Source of the DNA: Amoebophrya sp. A120
Lineage: Eukaryota; Protista; Dinoflagellata
Direction: 5' to 3'
Length of the DNA: 64,000 nt
NCBI GenBank assembly: GCA_905178155.1
Contig: CAJINV010000012.1
Coordinates: 1,678,492 to 1,742,491, forward strand
Shown here: piece by piece, positions 25,901 through 37,900 of the stretch
Layout: each line of letters begins with the position of its first letter
How positions within the stretch are numbered: position 1 is the stretch's first letter
Program-made: the position numbers and the translations under genes
Notes under the pieces: generated by a model
What the model was told of the DNA's origin: nothing
Seen by the model: the letters and a program-made list of their open reading frames with translations, nothing else
Database searches by the model: none

Positions 25901-28900
25901 ATGGCGTCGGCATTCACATCGTCGCTGCGCAACTCGCGGTACGTCATTTTGTTGTCGTCAACAACCCAGATGCGGTCCGTAGACGATGGCGCCATAATCG
26001 ACGTAGAAAGCGGCTGCAAGAACGCATCCAGATTCGCCTGCGCGATCGCCTTTTCGCTGTTCAAAGCGGTGGAAAAAGGTTCTTCAGTCGTCTGCTCCTT
26101 CCGGTCTCCAGCACGACCGTTGCCGCTTTTGAAGAAGGACAAGTTGATTTTCTCGCCACAGTAAAACACGGACTTCGGCTTCCGCATTTTCACGTCGAGC
26201 TTCACGGTGTAAATCGGAGAGCTGCTATGCACTGAAAACTGGTCCCGTAGCTACAAATTTGTCCTGCTTTTTGCATGACTGATTATGTATGCGCTTTGTA
26301 TGTGCAAAACATATCTACAGCAGCTGCGCTTTTGTATTTGGAATGCGCAAATTTGTACTACAGGATCACTTTTACAGGCGTATATTGTGTCCAAGTCGTA
26401 TCCGGTATCTTCGTCATCCGAGAACAACCCTGCGTGCGTGGTGAGCTGCAAAGCGACGTCGAGCCACTCCTTGCCATTGCGGTTGGCCTGGTTTTCCCGT
26501 AACAGAATCGCTTTGAAGGCGGCAGGCTGCAAGACGATATCACACACGAGGAGCGTGCCCATTCTGCCGGATTTGCCGTGGCGAAACTGCGTAATTACCA
26601 GCGGCGACAGCAAGGTTGACACTTCCACAATACCCTCGAGGTCAGGCAGCACGACGTCGTTATTTTGGTCATCCAGATCCGGGTCTTCGAGGACGAGTTC
26701 GTCGTTTGCTATGCAGTGCACAGCTTCCACCGCCTGAAGCTTATTTGTCATGCGAAGCGACAATGCAAATGTGAAAAATATCTATCAGGTGGTGGACAAG
26801 TTGCACTGCATACCATCTCCGTCGAGTTCGGCAAGCGTCAGTTGATCCAGATCTCCGTCCTGCACACCGCTCTGCTTGCGCTGCTCCCGTAATGACTTCA
26901 GCTTTGCCCGTTTGGCCCGGACGTAGCGGGAAAGCAGGATCGCACTAGCAGGCTTCGGCCGAGCCTTCGCGCGGATGTTCGGGACCGTAGTATTCGACAG
27001 TTCTTGGTTGGTGCGGTTGCACATTGCCGGGAGCAACACGCGGTAGTTTCCCTGCTCCTCACGGTGCCGCTTTTCCACCTTGCTGCGTACCGCGGAATAA
27101 AAAGCAAGCTCCGAATTGCAGGGGACGAGCGGACGGATGTCATCTTCGTGATCGCTTTCACTTTCGGAAGAGCTCTCCTGTGCTTTCTGTTCCTGCTCCA
27201 TTTTATCCATGCGCGCGGCCATCAGGATGTACTTCGCCTTCTCGTCCTTGTTGTTGGGATCCCACTTATTGTGCTTTACGTTTTCGACCAGAGCTTCCTT
27301 TTGGGTTCGCTTCGCGCCGTCAGTCGGGAAAAAATCACGGCGCTTCTGATCAATGGCGCGATTGCAGGCGTAGGCACGCTTCGGCGGTGGATGTTCCTCC
27401 TCTTCTAGTTGCTGGTCTTCGCGGCGGTGCCACTCGATATCGGCGCTCGCTTGGGATTCCATCGTCTGCCAGTCCGCACGGTTCAACGCCGAGTCTGCTA
27501 CTATGGAAATGAAAACTATTTTGCGACGCATATACTACGTCAATTTGATGCACGAAAGCAGTGCCTTCTACTTGATTACAACAACTACAGGCTGCGCATG
27601 TAGATTATGTCTTACTACTTTTTTTATGTTGAAACTCGATGCTGGTCATGAATTCGCACTGTAAGTGACGCAGTGTAATGTCGCAAAGTGATTTTCTTCG
27701 CAGCATATCGCCCGGCACGCTTTTGGTTCCCCGCGCAGCGTAGTGCCCATGGTATTTGAACCGGCCACCACGGCGCTCGCAGTTTTTCAGGCAGACAGGT
27801 CCGGGCGAATTCCCGCCCTAATTGGCTGCTAAAAAATGGCTAATTTGTATCGGCGCCGTTGTCTCTGCCATGTGTTGCGCGCCGGGTGGCATGCTTGGCA
27901 GGAGCCGGCTGCCGCTCCGCTTCTTTGGGGGTTTTAAAATTTAAAAATTCGGCGTGTTTTTGGGTATAAAGGCGGGCGGGGGGATTGTCTTTGGTTTGTT
28001 GTGGGTGTTTCCTTTTCGGGTGAGTGTTGTGTTGTTCGAGCTCCCGGGGGACTTGCTCATGTCGCTTCCCGAATTAGATCACCCGGATGTGGTTGGGTTT
28101 GGGTGATCTAATTGCCCAGGAAGGTGGGCACTAAACGGCAAGGCCAAATTTCTAATTTGCATTTCTAACTTGCAAAGCAAGTTCTTCGCCCATCCGAAAC
28201 GGGTCTTCTAACCCGTCAGCTAACCGCATCTAATTGGTCGGCTAACCTGTTCTAACTGGCATCTAACTGCGTACGGGTAGGGAATTCCAATGGGATTTCG
28301 TTGATGTTTTTTTCATCAACGAAATCCCATTGGAATTTCCGACCCTGGTGTGCACAGGGGGATGCAAGTTAGAACACGATTAGACGACAAATTAGAAGGG
28401 GCCAAAAAAAATTAGATGCAGGTTAGCAGGCAGGTTAGAATGGGGGGGCTCTGGATTCGGGTAGCAGTTTAGCAGACTCCGGAGGGGGTTCGCCGGAGGT
28501 AAATTAGACGACAAATTAGAAGCCCGGTGTGGGGACTTGGATCTCAAGCAACCGCATTCGGGGTCCGCCGGCCTGCCTTTTGGGTTTCCTTTTTTGGCTT
28601 TCGAAATGTCCGCGGCGGGGGCCGTTTTTCTTCTCTCTGGGTCTTCATTCAGCCAGCTGCCAATGTTTCGGCCGCCACCTTCCTTCCCCGTCCTGTTTTC
28701 GCCTTCTCCTTTGGTTTTGGCCTTGGGTTCGAAAGGCCATCAAATTAGCCCGCTTTTATCTTCCAATTAGAAACGTTAGGTCGCCCGGGCCTGTCTTCCT
28801 GAAGTTTTTGCTACTGCGATTAACGACCTGCAAGTACTCAGTCAGTTTCTGCATCTGCTGCTTGCGAATCTCCTCCGGTTGATTCATCATCCACCGCTGA

Positions 28901-31900
28901 ACGCTGTGCAGGGAGATGCTGCCAGGGTCTTCTTGGACGTACACCGCAAAGTCCATTTCTTTCAAGTTCTGCATTTCCGCTTCGAGGTTTGCTTTTGCCT
29001 TTTGGATCCACTCTTCGCGCAGGTCTCGTTTGCCATCCCGGTGCCACAAAATAACTCGGCTGATGAACAACATCTGCTGGGCGGAAATCCGTGCAAGCTC
29101 GATCTGAGTGAGTTTATATATGCACATGATGTAACGTTCATTGTTCCGACGCGAATTATGCATGACAAATTTTGCAAAAAGTATAAAGAAATACTAAGTC
29201 TTTTTGTGCGTCGTCGAATATCACCTCGCCGATTCCGATTCCGCACATCAGATAGGCGATGTCGTCGTAAACCGCATCCAGGTCGGACAGATATAAATAA
29301 ACCTCCTGCAGATCCTCCAAGAAGCGGCTCCTCAAACTAGTGCGGGTGCGTTCGTGAAGGTCGTTTTTGAGCATTGCAGCATTATAATGCTCAATCGGCT
29401 TCAGAATCATGTGCAGAAACCGCGAGACGATGAGAAAAATGAACTGTGTGCCTGGAGATAATTGGATTTATTTTGCATGGTGGTGCACTTTTTTAATCAC
29501 ATACTGGCTTACAGATTGCATTACAAATCATGCTGCCACGAAGTGTCTTTACACATGTAAAAGCGTTTGCATTTCTAAGAATTTGCATTACAGATTTATG
29601 CTATACCGCTTTCCTTCGACATGTCCAGCTTGAACCCGTGCTCCAGTATCTTTTCCGCCCCAAAACTGACCCGCTCTCCTAGTCCGTAGAAGATCCTCGC
29701 CAAAAACATACTGCAGCACAACAGCATTTGTCCGAGGGCTTGCCGCACTGTGAGCCAGCGGGTCCAGACTGGCGCCCGCCAGCCGCGATACAAACTATGT
29801 AATCCACGCAGCGCAGCGGTTCTTCCGTCCTTCGGCACTATCAACATCCGCTGCTTCACCGAGCATCCGCGGAGGAACTTTTTCTTCTTGTAGTTTATCT
29901 CGCGTCTGTCCAAGAAGTTGTTAAAGGCTTGGTCTTTCGCCATCGGTTCGCTCTTGTCCCATGGCGCAATCCACCGAGCAACGCCGTCGAGCGAGTTGTG
30001 TATTTTTTCGGACAGCAGTTTCACACTGTGCACCTGTAGATTAGAAGTAGTTGGCTTTTGATTTGAAGTGCACATTTGTCATGCAAATAAGCATGCGATC
30101 ATAGTACTGAAATGCATTACAAAAATCAAAAAAAACAGTACTTGCAGCCGCAGTCTCTTCTGCCATCCTTTCGGATCCAGATTGAGCATCCCGAGATACA
30201 TCTCGGCTATTTGGCGGGTTACTAGTGCTGCTTGGTGCACCTTACACCTCTGTGTCCACAGCACCACATTGGCCAGGTGCTTGCCCATCATAAAAATTCC
30301 GCCGATGAAGAAGAGCGTATTTATTGTGCTTCCACCCGAGTCCGTCACTGGACTCCAAATTTGCACGCACTGCTGCCCGAAACGCCCGAAAAAAATTTCC
30401 GGGTTGTGAAACGTCAGCACCTGGTCCGCCACCTCCCATGCTTCTTTCACTCCAACCGCGAAAGCAGCTCTTTTGTCCCTTTACTTTCGCCCCGAAGTTC
30501 TGCGACGAAGGATATAGCACGGTGTGCGTTGGCACAAACACCGACCCGATGTTCATCAGGCTTCCGCAGCAGAAGGTAATCGCGACGATCGACGCCATCA
30601 CATGCGCGAAGATCTTAATCCTCCCCCTCACACTGTTTTCAAACAGCATGCTCTGCGTCGTGGTTCCGTCGATCTCCACCCGGTAGTGGACCAAGGTGAG
30701 TTTCGGGTTCGCGAAGTACTCGCGTGCGTACTCGAAAGCCGTCTCGCATAACAGGTAGCACAGCTTCCACAACTTGCGTGGTGCCAAGTAGGCTTTTGCT
30801 GTGAAGAATTTTTTGCATTCCTCGTTCTTTTCTTGTTCCGCCTCGGCCTTCTTCTCCTCTTTGTTCATCTTCTCGTCGCTGCCGAAACAATAGAAGATGA
30901 CCACAGAAGGAGTGGGTTTGCTTTTTGTCTACTATGATGATCCGCGGTGTAGGTGTGGAAAGAATAGTATGACTTTATGGCGCACTATCTACATTCCAAA
31001 AAAAAACGGGCCCTGTAGTTATACTAGTGGGATTGTGTGTTTTAGTTACTTCATTATGTATGTTTTTAGTTATATTAGTTTCATGTAGACACTAGATTTA
31101 GGTCCTGGCTCTGCAAAACAAATATCATGATAGTTGTTTCTTCGATTGGTCCCCGATCTTCAGGCGGACGGCCCGGGGCGGGGATTCCGGCTATATTCCG
31201 GCTATGACCTGGCTAAATTTTTGCGCAGCCCGCGCAGGTTTTTTCTTCCTTGGGGCCGGGCTGCTCGGGCGCGCCAGCGCACCCTTCCCCCCATGCGTGG
31301 AGCAGCCGGGCGGCGGGTGTTTGGCGCAGCTGCGCGCGCGGCCCGCGGCGCCAGTGCTTCGGCAGCGCCTCGCCCCGGGGTGCCGCCCTTGGCCGTTTTG
31401 AGTTTTAAAGACTCGCAAGGTTTTTGCGCTGGGGTTTTTAAATTCCCAAGAGGCCGGCCCACTTGGCCGATATTTCTTCCAGCATTCATCCTGCCGCCGC
31501 CTGGGCGACAGGGTAAATGCTGGCGGAAATCGTCGGCCAGGATCCGGCTAAAATCCGGCTAAATTGGAGCTAATTCCCAAAAGAAATTCAGCTAAGTATC
31601 CAGCTAAGTGCTCCGCTAAATTCCAGCTAAATTCTGGCTAAGTATCCGGCTAAGTATCCGGCTAAATGTTGGACACTGGGAAAACGGGAAGGATTTTGGC
31701 CCCGGGGCCCCCTCGGGCCCTCCGGCCCCCTCCCGGGGGACCCAATTTAGCAGAGCACTTAGATGGATACTTAGATGGATATTTAGATGGATTTTTTTTG
31801 GCCTCCCGAGCCGAAAAGCGGCCGCGAATTAGCGAGGCCGGAGGCAATTTAGCAGAGCATTTAGCCGGAGGCCCGCTAGATATCTCCGGCGTTTCCCGAA

Positions 31901-34900
31901 AAGGCCTGCGCGTGAGGCTGGCCGGCCACGCGGCATTTGCAATACCGGGCCCGCGGGGTCGGGCCCGTCGCGCGCGGGCCGGGGACGCTCCGAAGCCGTG
32001 CCGCGGCCGCAGTGCGGGCCCCGGATGGCCCGGCCCGTTCGCTTCCGCCGCCTACGGAGGGATGGGCCGGAGCCCGCGATCGCAAGGGCGCGCGCCTTCT
32101 TTTGGTTCCACGCCCGGAAGCGCGCCCGCGGGCATTGGGTCCGTGCGCTTCCGGCTTTTCAATTTAGCCAGAATATAGCGGTCGTTTAGCGCGTTGCCCC
32201 GCCCCGGGTCGTCCGCCTGACGATCTTCGTCTTCACCGGTAGAGGCACTGCTATTTCAGAACTTGAAAACAACCGTCGCTCCGCCATCCGCTCCTGAAAT
32301 AAACAAAAACCTCTCATTTTTTCAGAACAAAAAACAACCGCATCGTGGTAAAAAAACGTAGCAACTATCGAAAAAAAACAAACACGTAGCACGATAGAGC
32401 TACACAATACAGACCGCATAGCTACTAGTCACGTTTTTTTCATAATCATCTCCGCCGGTGCTCCGCTGACCTTCCGGGCTTCAAAATCATCACGCCGACA
32501 TCTTATTTTCTTACCTTGATGTGCTCTTCCGCCCGGTCTTCGTCTTTTCCTTGAAAACTTTTCTGCTATACAGGGCTGTAAAGCGGAGTACTTACGAACC
32601 CTTCCGCAACTCCGAAACCCTCGCAGCCGCACTATGCAGCGGCTTCCGCGATCGGGTTGGGATCGCTGCAACCTGCGATCTAATATTTGTCATGCAAAAA
32701 CAGAAGTTTTTGCATGACAAATTTTCGCATCGCAAGGTTACGAGTCCCAACCTTTACGACAGCCGCTGCTGTCAATGTGCGGCCGAGTGCCGATCTGTGT
32801 GTCGCCTGGCAGATCGGAAAAAGTGTTTGCGATCACGGAGGAAAGGCAGACACCGCTCGGCGGTATGGCCGAGGAAAAAAGCCTAGTATTCACATAGCAG
32901 CAACAGCCGCGGGTCGTGTGTTGTTTCTTTTACTATTCGACCACAGTGATCAAATAGAAAAAGAACACGCTTCTCCCCTCCTACTTTTCCGGTTCTCCCC
33001 GTCGTGTTTGATATGGTGATCGCGGTGACAATTGTTACTTCTACCTCGTCATCCCATGAAGGGTGAAAAGGGACTCGAAGTAACAACTAGGTGCCTTTAC
33101 CGCTCGGCCAAATGGCCGAGCGAGTAAGAACAGGCCGGAAGCATCGTATCAAACACGATAGCTTTTTTTGCGCCGACCACGGAGCATAGAGCTGTCGCAC
33201 CACGACGCTGTGGCTCCGCGGTTTCTTAGTGCTTTTCTTGACCGCACTACACTGCGCAAAAAATCACCGTCTTCGGGAATCGAACCCGAGGTCGATGAAG
33301 GGTGAAAAGGGACTGGGACAAACAACCGGGGGCCTTAACCGCTCGGCCAATAGGCCGAGCGAGAGAAGACGATCACGCGCGTCGAGTTCGCATCCTCTCA
33401 TCGATCGAGGCGGATTCCGTGCTGTTTCGCATTGTGCGGTGACCACAGCATGGGAATTCGCGATCGATGATGTGAAATCGAAAGCGATCACCTAGGTTCG
33501 AATCGACGATACCATCGGGATTCGAACCTATGATAAAAGTGATCGAAATCGGGTGTCGACGACGACCTAGGGGCCTTAACCGTTGGGCCAAGCGCCCTAA
33601 CAGCCCCAGAATAGAACAAAGAGGACCTAAAACAGGTCGAAGCAGCCTGCTAGTCGATTTTCGACTTGAAAATCGAGCTGAGCAGGCGAAATCGGTATAG
33701 AAATGGCCCTCACACCCTGTATAGCAAAAAACTTTTCAGTGAAAATCTAAACGAAAAATTCCAAAAAATTTTCAAAAAAAAAAATTTCAAAAAAATCGGA
33801 GAAAAATAGACGAAATTTCTTATCAGTAGGGCCCATCATAACCTGCCTGGCCTTGCAAGTTACTTGGGGCGAGTGACAGGGCGCCCGGTTGCTCTGCCTC
33901 CGGATCTCGTTCCGCAATCTTGCTGGACAACGTTCGGAGGCAGAGGTAGATCACCATCCTGGCCAGCCAAAGAGATGCCTGCCCCTGTGATGGCTGCCGC
34001 CAAAGCGGCAGGGTTTTGGTCAGGGTTTTGCTCCGAAAAGGCGCACCGCAATCGAAGCAAAAACTTATTTTTTTCGGGAGCTTCCCCCGAGCTAATAAAA
34101 TAAGTTTTTGCTTTCGTTTTGCCCTCCTTTTTGTGGCTGAAAGTGTGGAGCTGTTCTGGGCCGGTATGTTCGCCCACATCGTGCCCAGACAACCTACCTG
34201 GCCCTGCAAGTTACTTGGGGCAAGTGACAGGGCGCCCGGTTGCTCTGCCTCAGGATCTCGCTCCGCAATCTTGCGGGACAATGTTCGGAGGCAGAGGTAG
34301 ACCACCCTCCTGGCCAACCAAAGGGACGCCCGTTTCTGAGGCGTCCGCCGCCGACCTCATCTGCAAACCAAAACCTTACTTTATTAGGTGGCGTTTCGGA
34401 GAAAAAATAATTAAGGTTTTGGTTTAGAGATGAGGTCGGAAGCCCGGTTTTCCCGGGGCTTCCCCCGAGCTAGTACGGTATGTCTTTGTCGTCAAATCGG
34501 CCACCCGGGTGTGCGGGTCTAGGCATGGCCAACATCCGCCGCCGGAGATTGGCTGGGCAAAATCCCGGCCACAACAAGAGGGCTGCTTTCCGGGGCTGCT
34601 TGCGGAGCTCGTGTTGAAAGCAAAAACTTATTTTATTAGGTCGTGTTTCGGAAGAAAAAAAACTAAGTTTTTGATTTGAAGTGAGCTCGTTATACTCAGC
34701 CGACAAAAGTCGGCCTCTCTTTTTGAGGTCAAGTTCCTACGGGCCGGCCATGGCCAGCCTCCAGCCACTGCGAGTGGCCCAGCAGGAAGTGGACCGCAAA
34801 AAGAGAGGGCGATCTTTGAGGTTGGGTTGTCGACCTCATCTCCAAACCTAAACCTTAATTTTTTTTTGTCCGAAACGCGACCTAATAAAATAAGGCTTTG

Positions 34901-37900
34901 GTTTGAAGATGAGGTCGACGGCGGACACCTCAGAGCCAAGCATCTCTGTGGCTGGCCAGGAAGGTGATCTACCTCTCCCTCCGTACGTCGCCGCGCAAGA
35001 TTGCGGAGCGAGATCCGGAGGCAGAAAAGACGGGCGCCCTGCCATATGCTCCAAGTAACTTGCAGGGCCTGGTAGGTTGTCTGGGCACGATGTGGGCGAA
35101 CATACCGGCCCAGAACAGCTCCACACTTTCAGCCACAAAAAGGAGGGCAAAGCGAAAGCAAAAACTTATTTTATTAGCTCGGGGGAAGCTCCCGAAAAAA
35201 AATAAGTTTTTGCTTCGATTGTGGTGAGCCTTTTCGGAGCAAAACCCTGACCAAAACCCTGCCGCTTTGGCGGCAGCCATCACAGGGACAGGCATATCCG
35301 TCGTTGGCCGTTAAGGTGCTCTGCCTCTGCCTCCTCCCGTTGTCCCGCAAGATTGTGGAACGAGATCCGGGGGCAGAGAAGCCGGGCGCCCTGCCAGTTG
35401 CTCCAGGTGGCTTGCACGACGAAGCAGGCCGCCTCGACACGATATGGGCGAGCATATCGGCGCAGCTCGGCTCCGCACTTTCGGCCACAAGATGAAGCAC
35501 AAAGCGAAAGCAAAGGCTTACTTTTCTAGATCGGGGGAAGCTCCCGGGAAAAGTAAGTCTTTGCGTCCATGTCCGTGAGCCTCTTCTGAGCAAAACCCTG
35601 GCCAAAACCTTGCCGCTTTGGCGGCAGCCACTACAGGGGCAAGCATCTCTGTGGCTGGCCAGGAAGGTGCTCTGCCTTTGCCTCCGGACGGCGTCCCGCA
35701 AGATTGCGGAACGAGATGCGGGGGCAGAGAAGCCGGGCGCCCTGCCATTTGCTCCAGGGAACTCGCAGGAAAAGGCAGGCCGCCAGGCCAAGATAGGGGC
35801 GCCCGTGTCGGCCCAGTTTAGGCCACCAAGTTCGGCCGAAAGGGGGGGGCCAGGGCAAGGGCAAAGGCGCAAGCGTTAGTCTGGGGAAAGCTCCCGGAAA
35901 AAGTCAGAACCTGCTTCCATTTTGGTGCGCTTTTGTCATGAAAAGGCCTAGCCGAGAACTTGCCGCCTTGGCGGCAACCGGGACCCGGCCAAACCTCCAG
36001 CCGGGCAAGCCCGCAGCTGCTCAGCCTCTTCCCCCGGACCCCGCTACGCGCCACCGCAGGATGAGATCTGGGGGCGGAGAAGCCAGGCCAGCAGCCCGGC
36101 GCCCCAAATACCTCGCGGCGGATGGCATGCGTCTGGGGTTCTTCTGGGGAGGTGCCGAGGCTAATATCTTGGCCAGCAGTCCAGGTCAGCAGAAGCCGAG
36201 AAAAATGCCGCCGCGGCTTCATCGTATTCACCCGGGGGAGAGGTTGGAAGCAGCAAGCGCGCGGCCTCCATTTTGCCCGGCTTCTGCTGGTCTGGATACC
36301 GGCCGAGATGTTGACATCGGCGCAGCGAGCTTTTTCGGCTGGATGGTCTGCGCTTTCCTTTTCCATTCAGAGCGAAGAGAAAAAAAATGAAAAATCGCAA
36401 ATCAAAACCTTGACCAAAACCTTAATTCTTTCAACCCCTAATACAACGTCAAGAGCCACCCTCACCGGCCGGACCAGCAGAACGAGAACTCCCCGTGGAA
36501 GCTCGACCACTACTTCGTGGTGTCGCAGGAGCTGGTGGTCCAGAAAGAGCCACATCGTCAAGAACACCAAGACGGCTCGGGCTCGGCTCCTCCTGTCCTC
36601 TTCGCTCACTCTGCACCTGTTCTTTCTCCTGCAGTTGCAGTCGTTCTATCTGGTTCAGCATGCGGATCTTGTACACGGAAGACGACGCATGCTGCGTCAC
36701 GAGGACGACCGAGGGAAAACAAAAGAGGAAATTGGGTACGAGTTCCATATGCATTGCAAATATGTCCGGGTCTGGAAGGTTGGGACTTGTCATGCTACAT
36801 CTGGATCGTGGAAAGATTTGTGTTGCACGATTACCAAAAGAGGTCCACTTTTGAACAAGTTTGGAGGCAGTTTCTGATGCAGGAAAGGCATGATAGAGAT
36901 CTCACAGAACCTGTCATGGTAGGCCACGCATACAAGACCGCGTGGGCCATGGAGAATCTGCATGACAAACCTGGATGTCCACGGCAGCCGGATGTCCGTG
37001 ACCTGGTTATAAAGGGCTTCGTCGATCGATTGCGCCACTAGGGCCTTGTGTTCCGGCTACTCCGGATCGCAATCGATGGAGGGCGGGGCCTGCACCGGCG
37101 ACAGGCGCTATCCAACCAACCAACCAAACCTAGCAATCTTCCAGACCCAGACATCTTTGCATTTGATATTCCGCGAAAAAAGCGACCTCTTCCCGCTAGG
37201 CAAGGTGGTTGCAGGTTTGTGGTCTTGGTTTTTCGGATCGGGTACTACAGTGCGAGAAACGAACGGTTTTAATATTTCTACGAACGGCACGGGCACCAAC
37301 GCAACCCCAACCAACAGCACGACGCCGAACGGCACTAGGTCTACGAGCACTTCTCCCGGCGAGACAAGCACCACGGTTGGTGGCGTAGCGAACGACAACG
37401 CGGCGGCTGTTGGCAGCATCAGGTGGGCATCTTCAGGTAGCCCGACGTCCGCTGGTAGTGCCAATGCCGGTACGAGCGGTTTTATCACGACTGCTGGAAA
37501 CATGACAAGGCGGCGGAGCAAGAATGACACGATCATAAGTCCCGCCACCAGCAGCACAAACATAACGAACGCGGCGGTAAGTGGAGAGAGTACCATTCGC
37601 GCGACGAACATCACCAATACGACTTTTAATGGGACCCGGACGTCGATGAATGGCACCACGAATTGGACCAATTATGGGAGTGTGGAACTCCCCATCCCCC
37701 TCAACTGATGTAAGTAGCTTGAGATTCTCTACACTTACAGCAATGCAGGCATTCACGATCAAGCAGCCTCTAAATCGAAAATTTGAAGGTGGATTGTGCT
37801 TATTGTTTGGTCTACTACTACTTCCGAAAGTTGTCATGCACACAGTGCAAAAAGCAAAACTAAGTCACATAGTCGGTATAATTTTGCATCACAAAAAATG

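Larger units (their letters stand above)
17949..33840 (-). mobile_element. Giant (15.9 kb) hAT-like DNA transposon with cargo gene
   Basis: TIR TATGACGGGCCC / GGGCCCATCATA plus subterminal IR (TCTCCGATTTTTT / AAAAAATCGGAGA); 8-bp TSD ACCTGCCT inside a 351-bp unit; encodes a hAT-type transposase. Confidence 0.85.
16984..36441. mobile_element. Outer foldback-type non-autonomous TIR element (~3.6 kb without nested inserts)
   Basis: 42-bp TIRs (35/42 match) TTAAGGGTTGAAA.../...TTTCAACCCCTAA; TSD TACAA at 16979-16983 and 36442-36446; arms built of 351-bp units in opposite orientation. Confidence 0.85.

Noticed and set aside
25039-26235. 398-aa plus-strand ORF
   Set aside because: Antisense shadow of the minus-strand exon 25084-26232.
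31561-31800. CRISPR-like short repeats
   Set aside because: 12-bp tandem units without unique spacers, inside a MITE; eukaryotic context and no cas genes.
33267-33597. Functional tRNA genes
   Set aside because: A and B boxes are present but I cannot build acceptor or anticodon stems.
17949-33840. Polinton/virophage or endogenous virus
   Set aside because: No pPolB, rve integrase, packaging ATPase or capsid motifs; short TIR, 8-bp TSD and hAT motifs instead.
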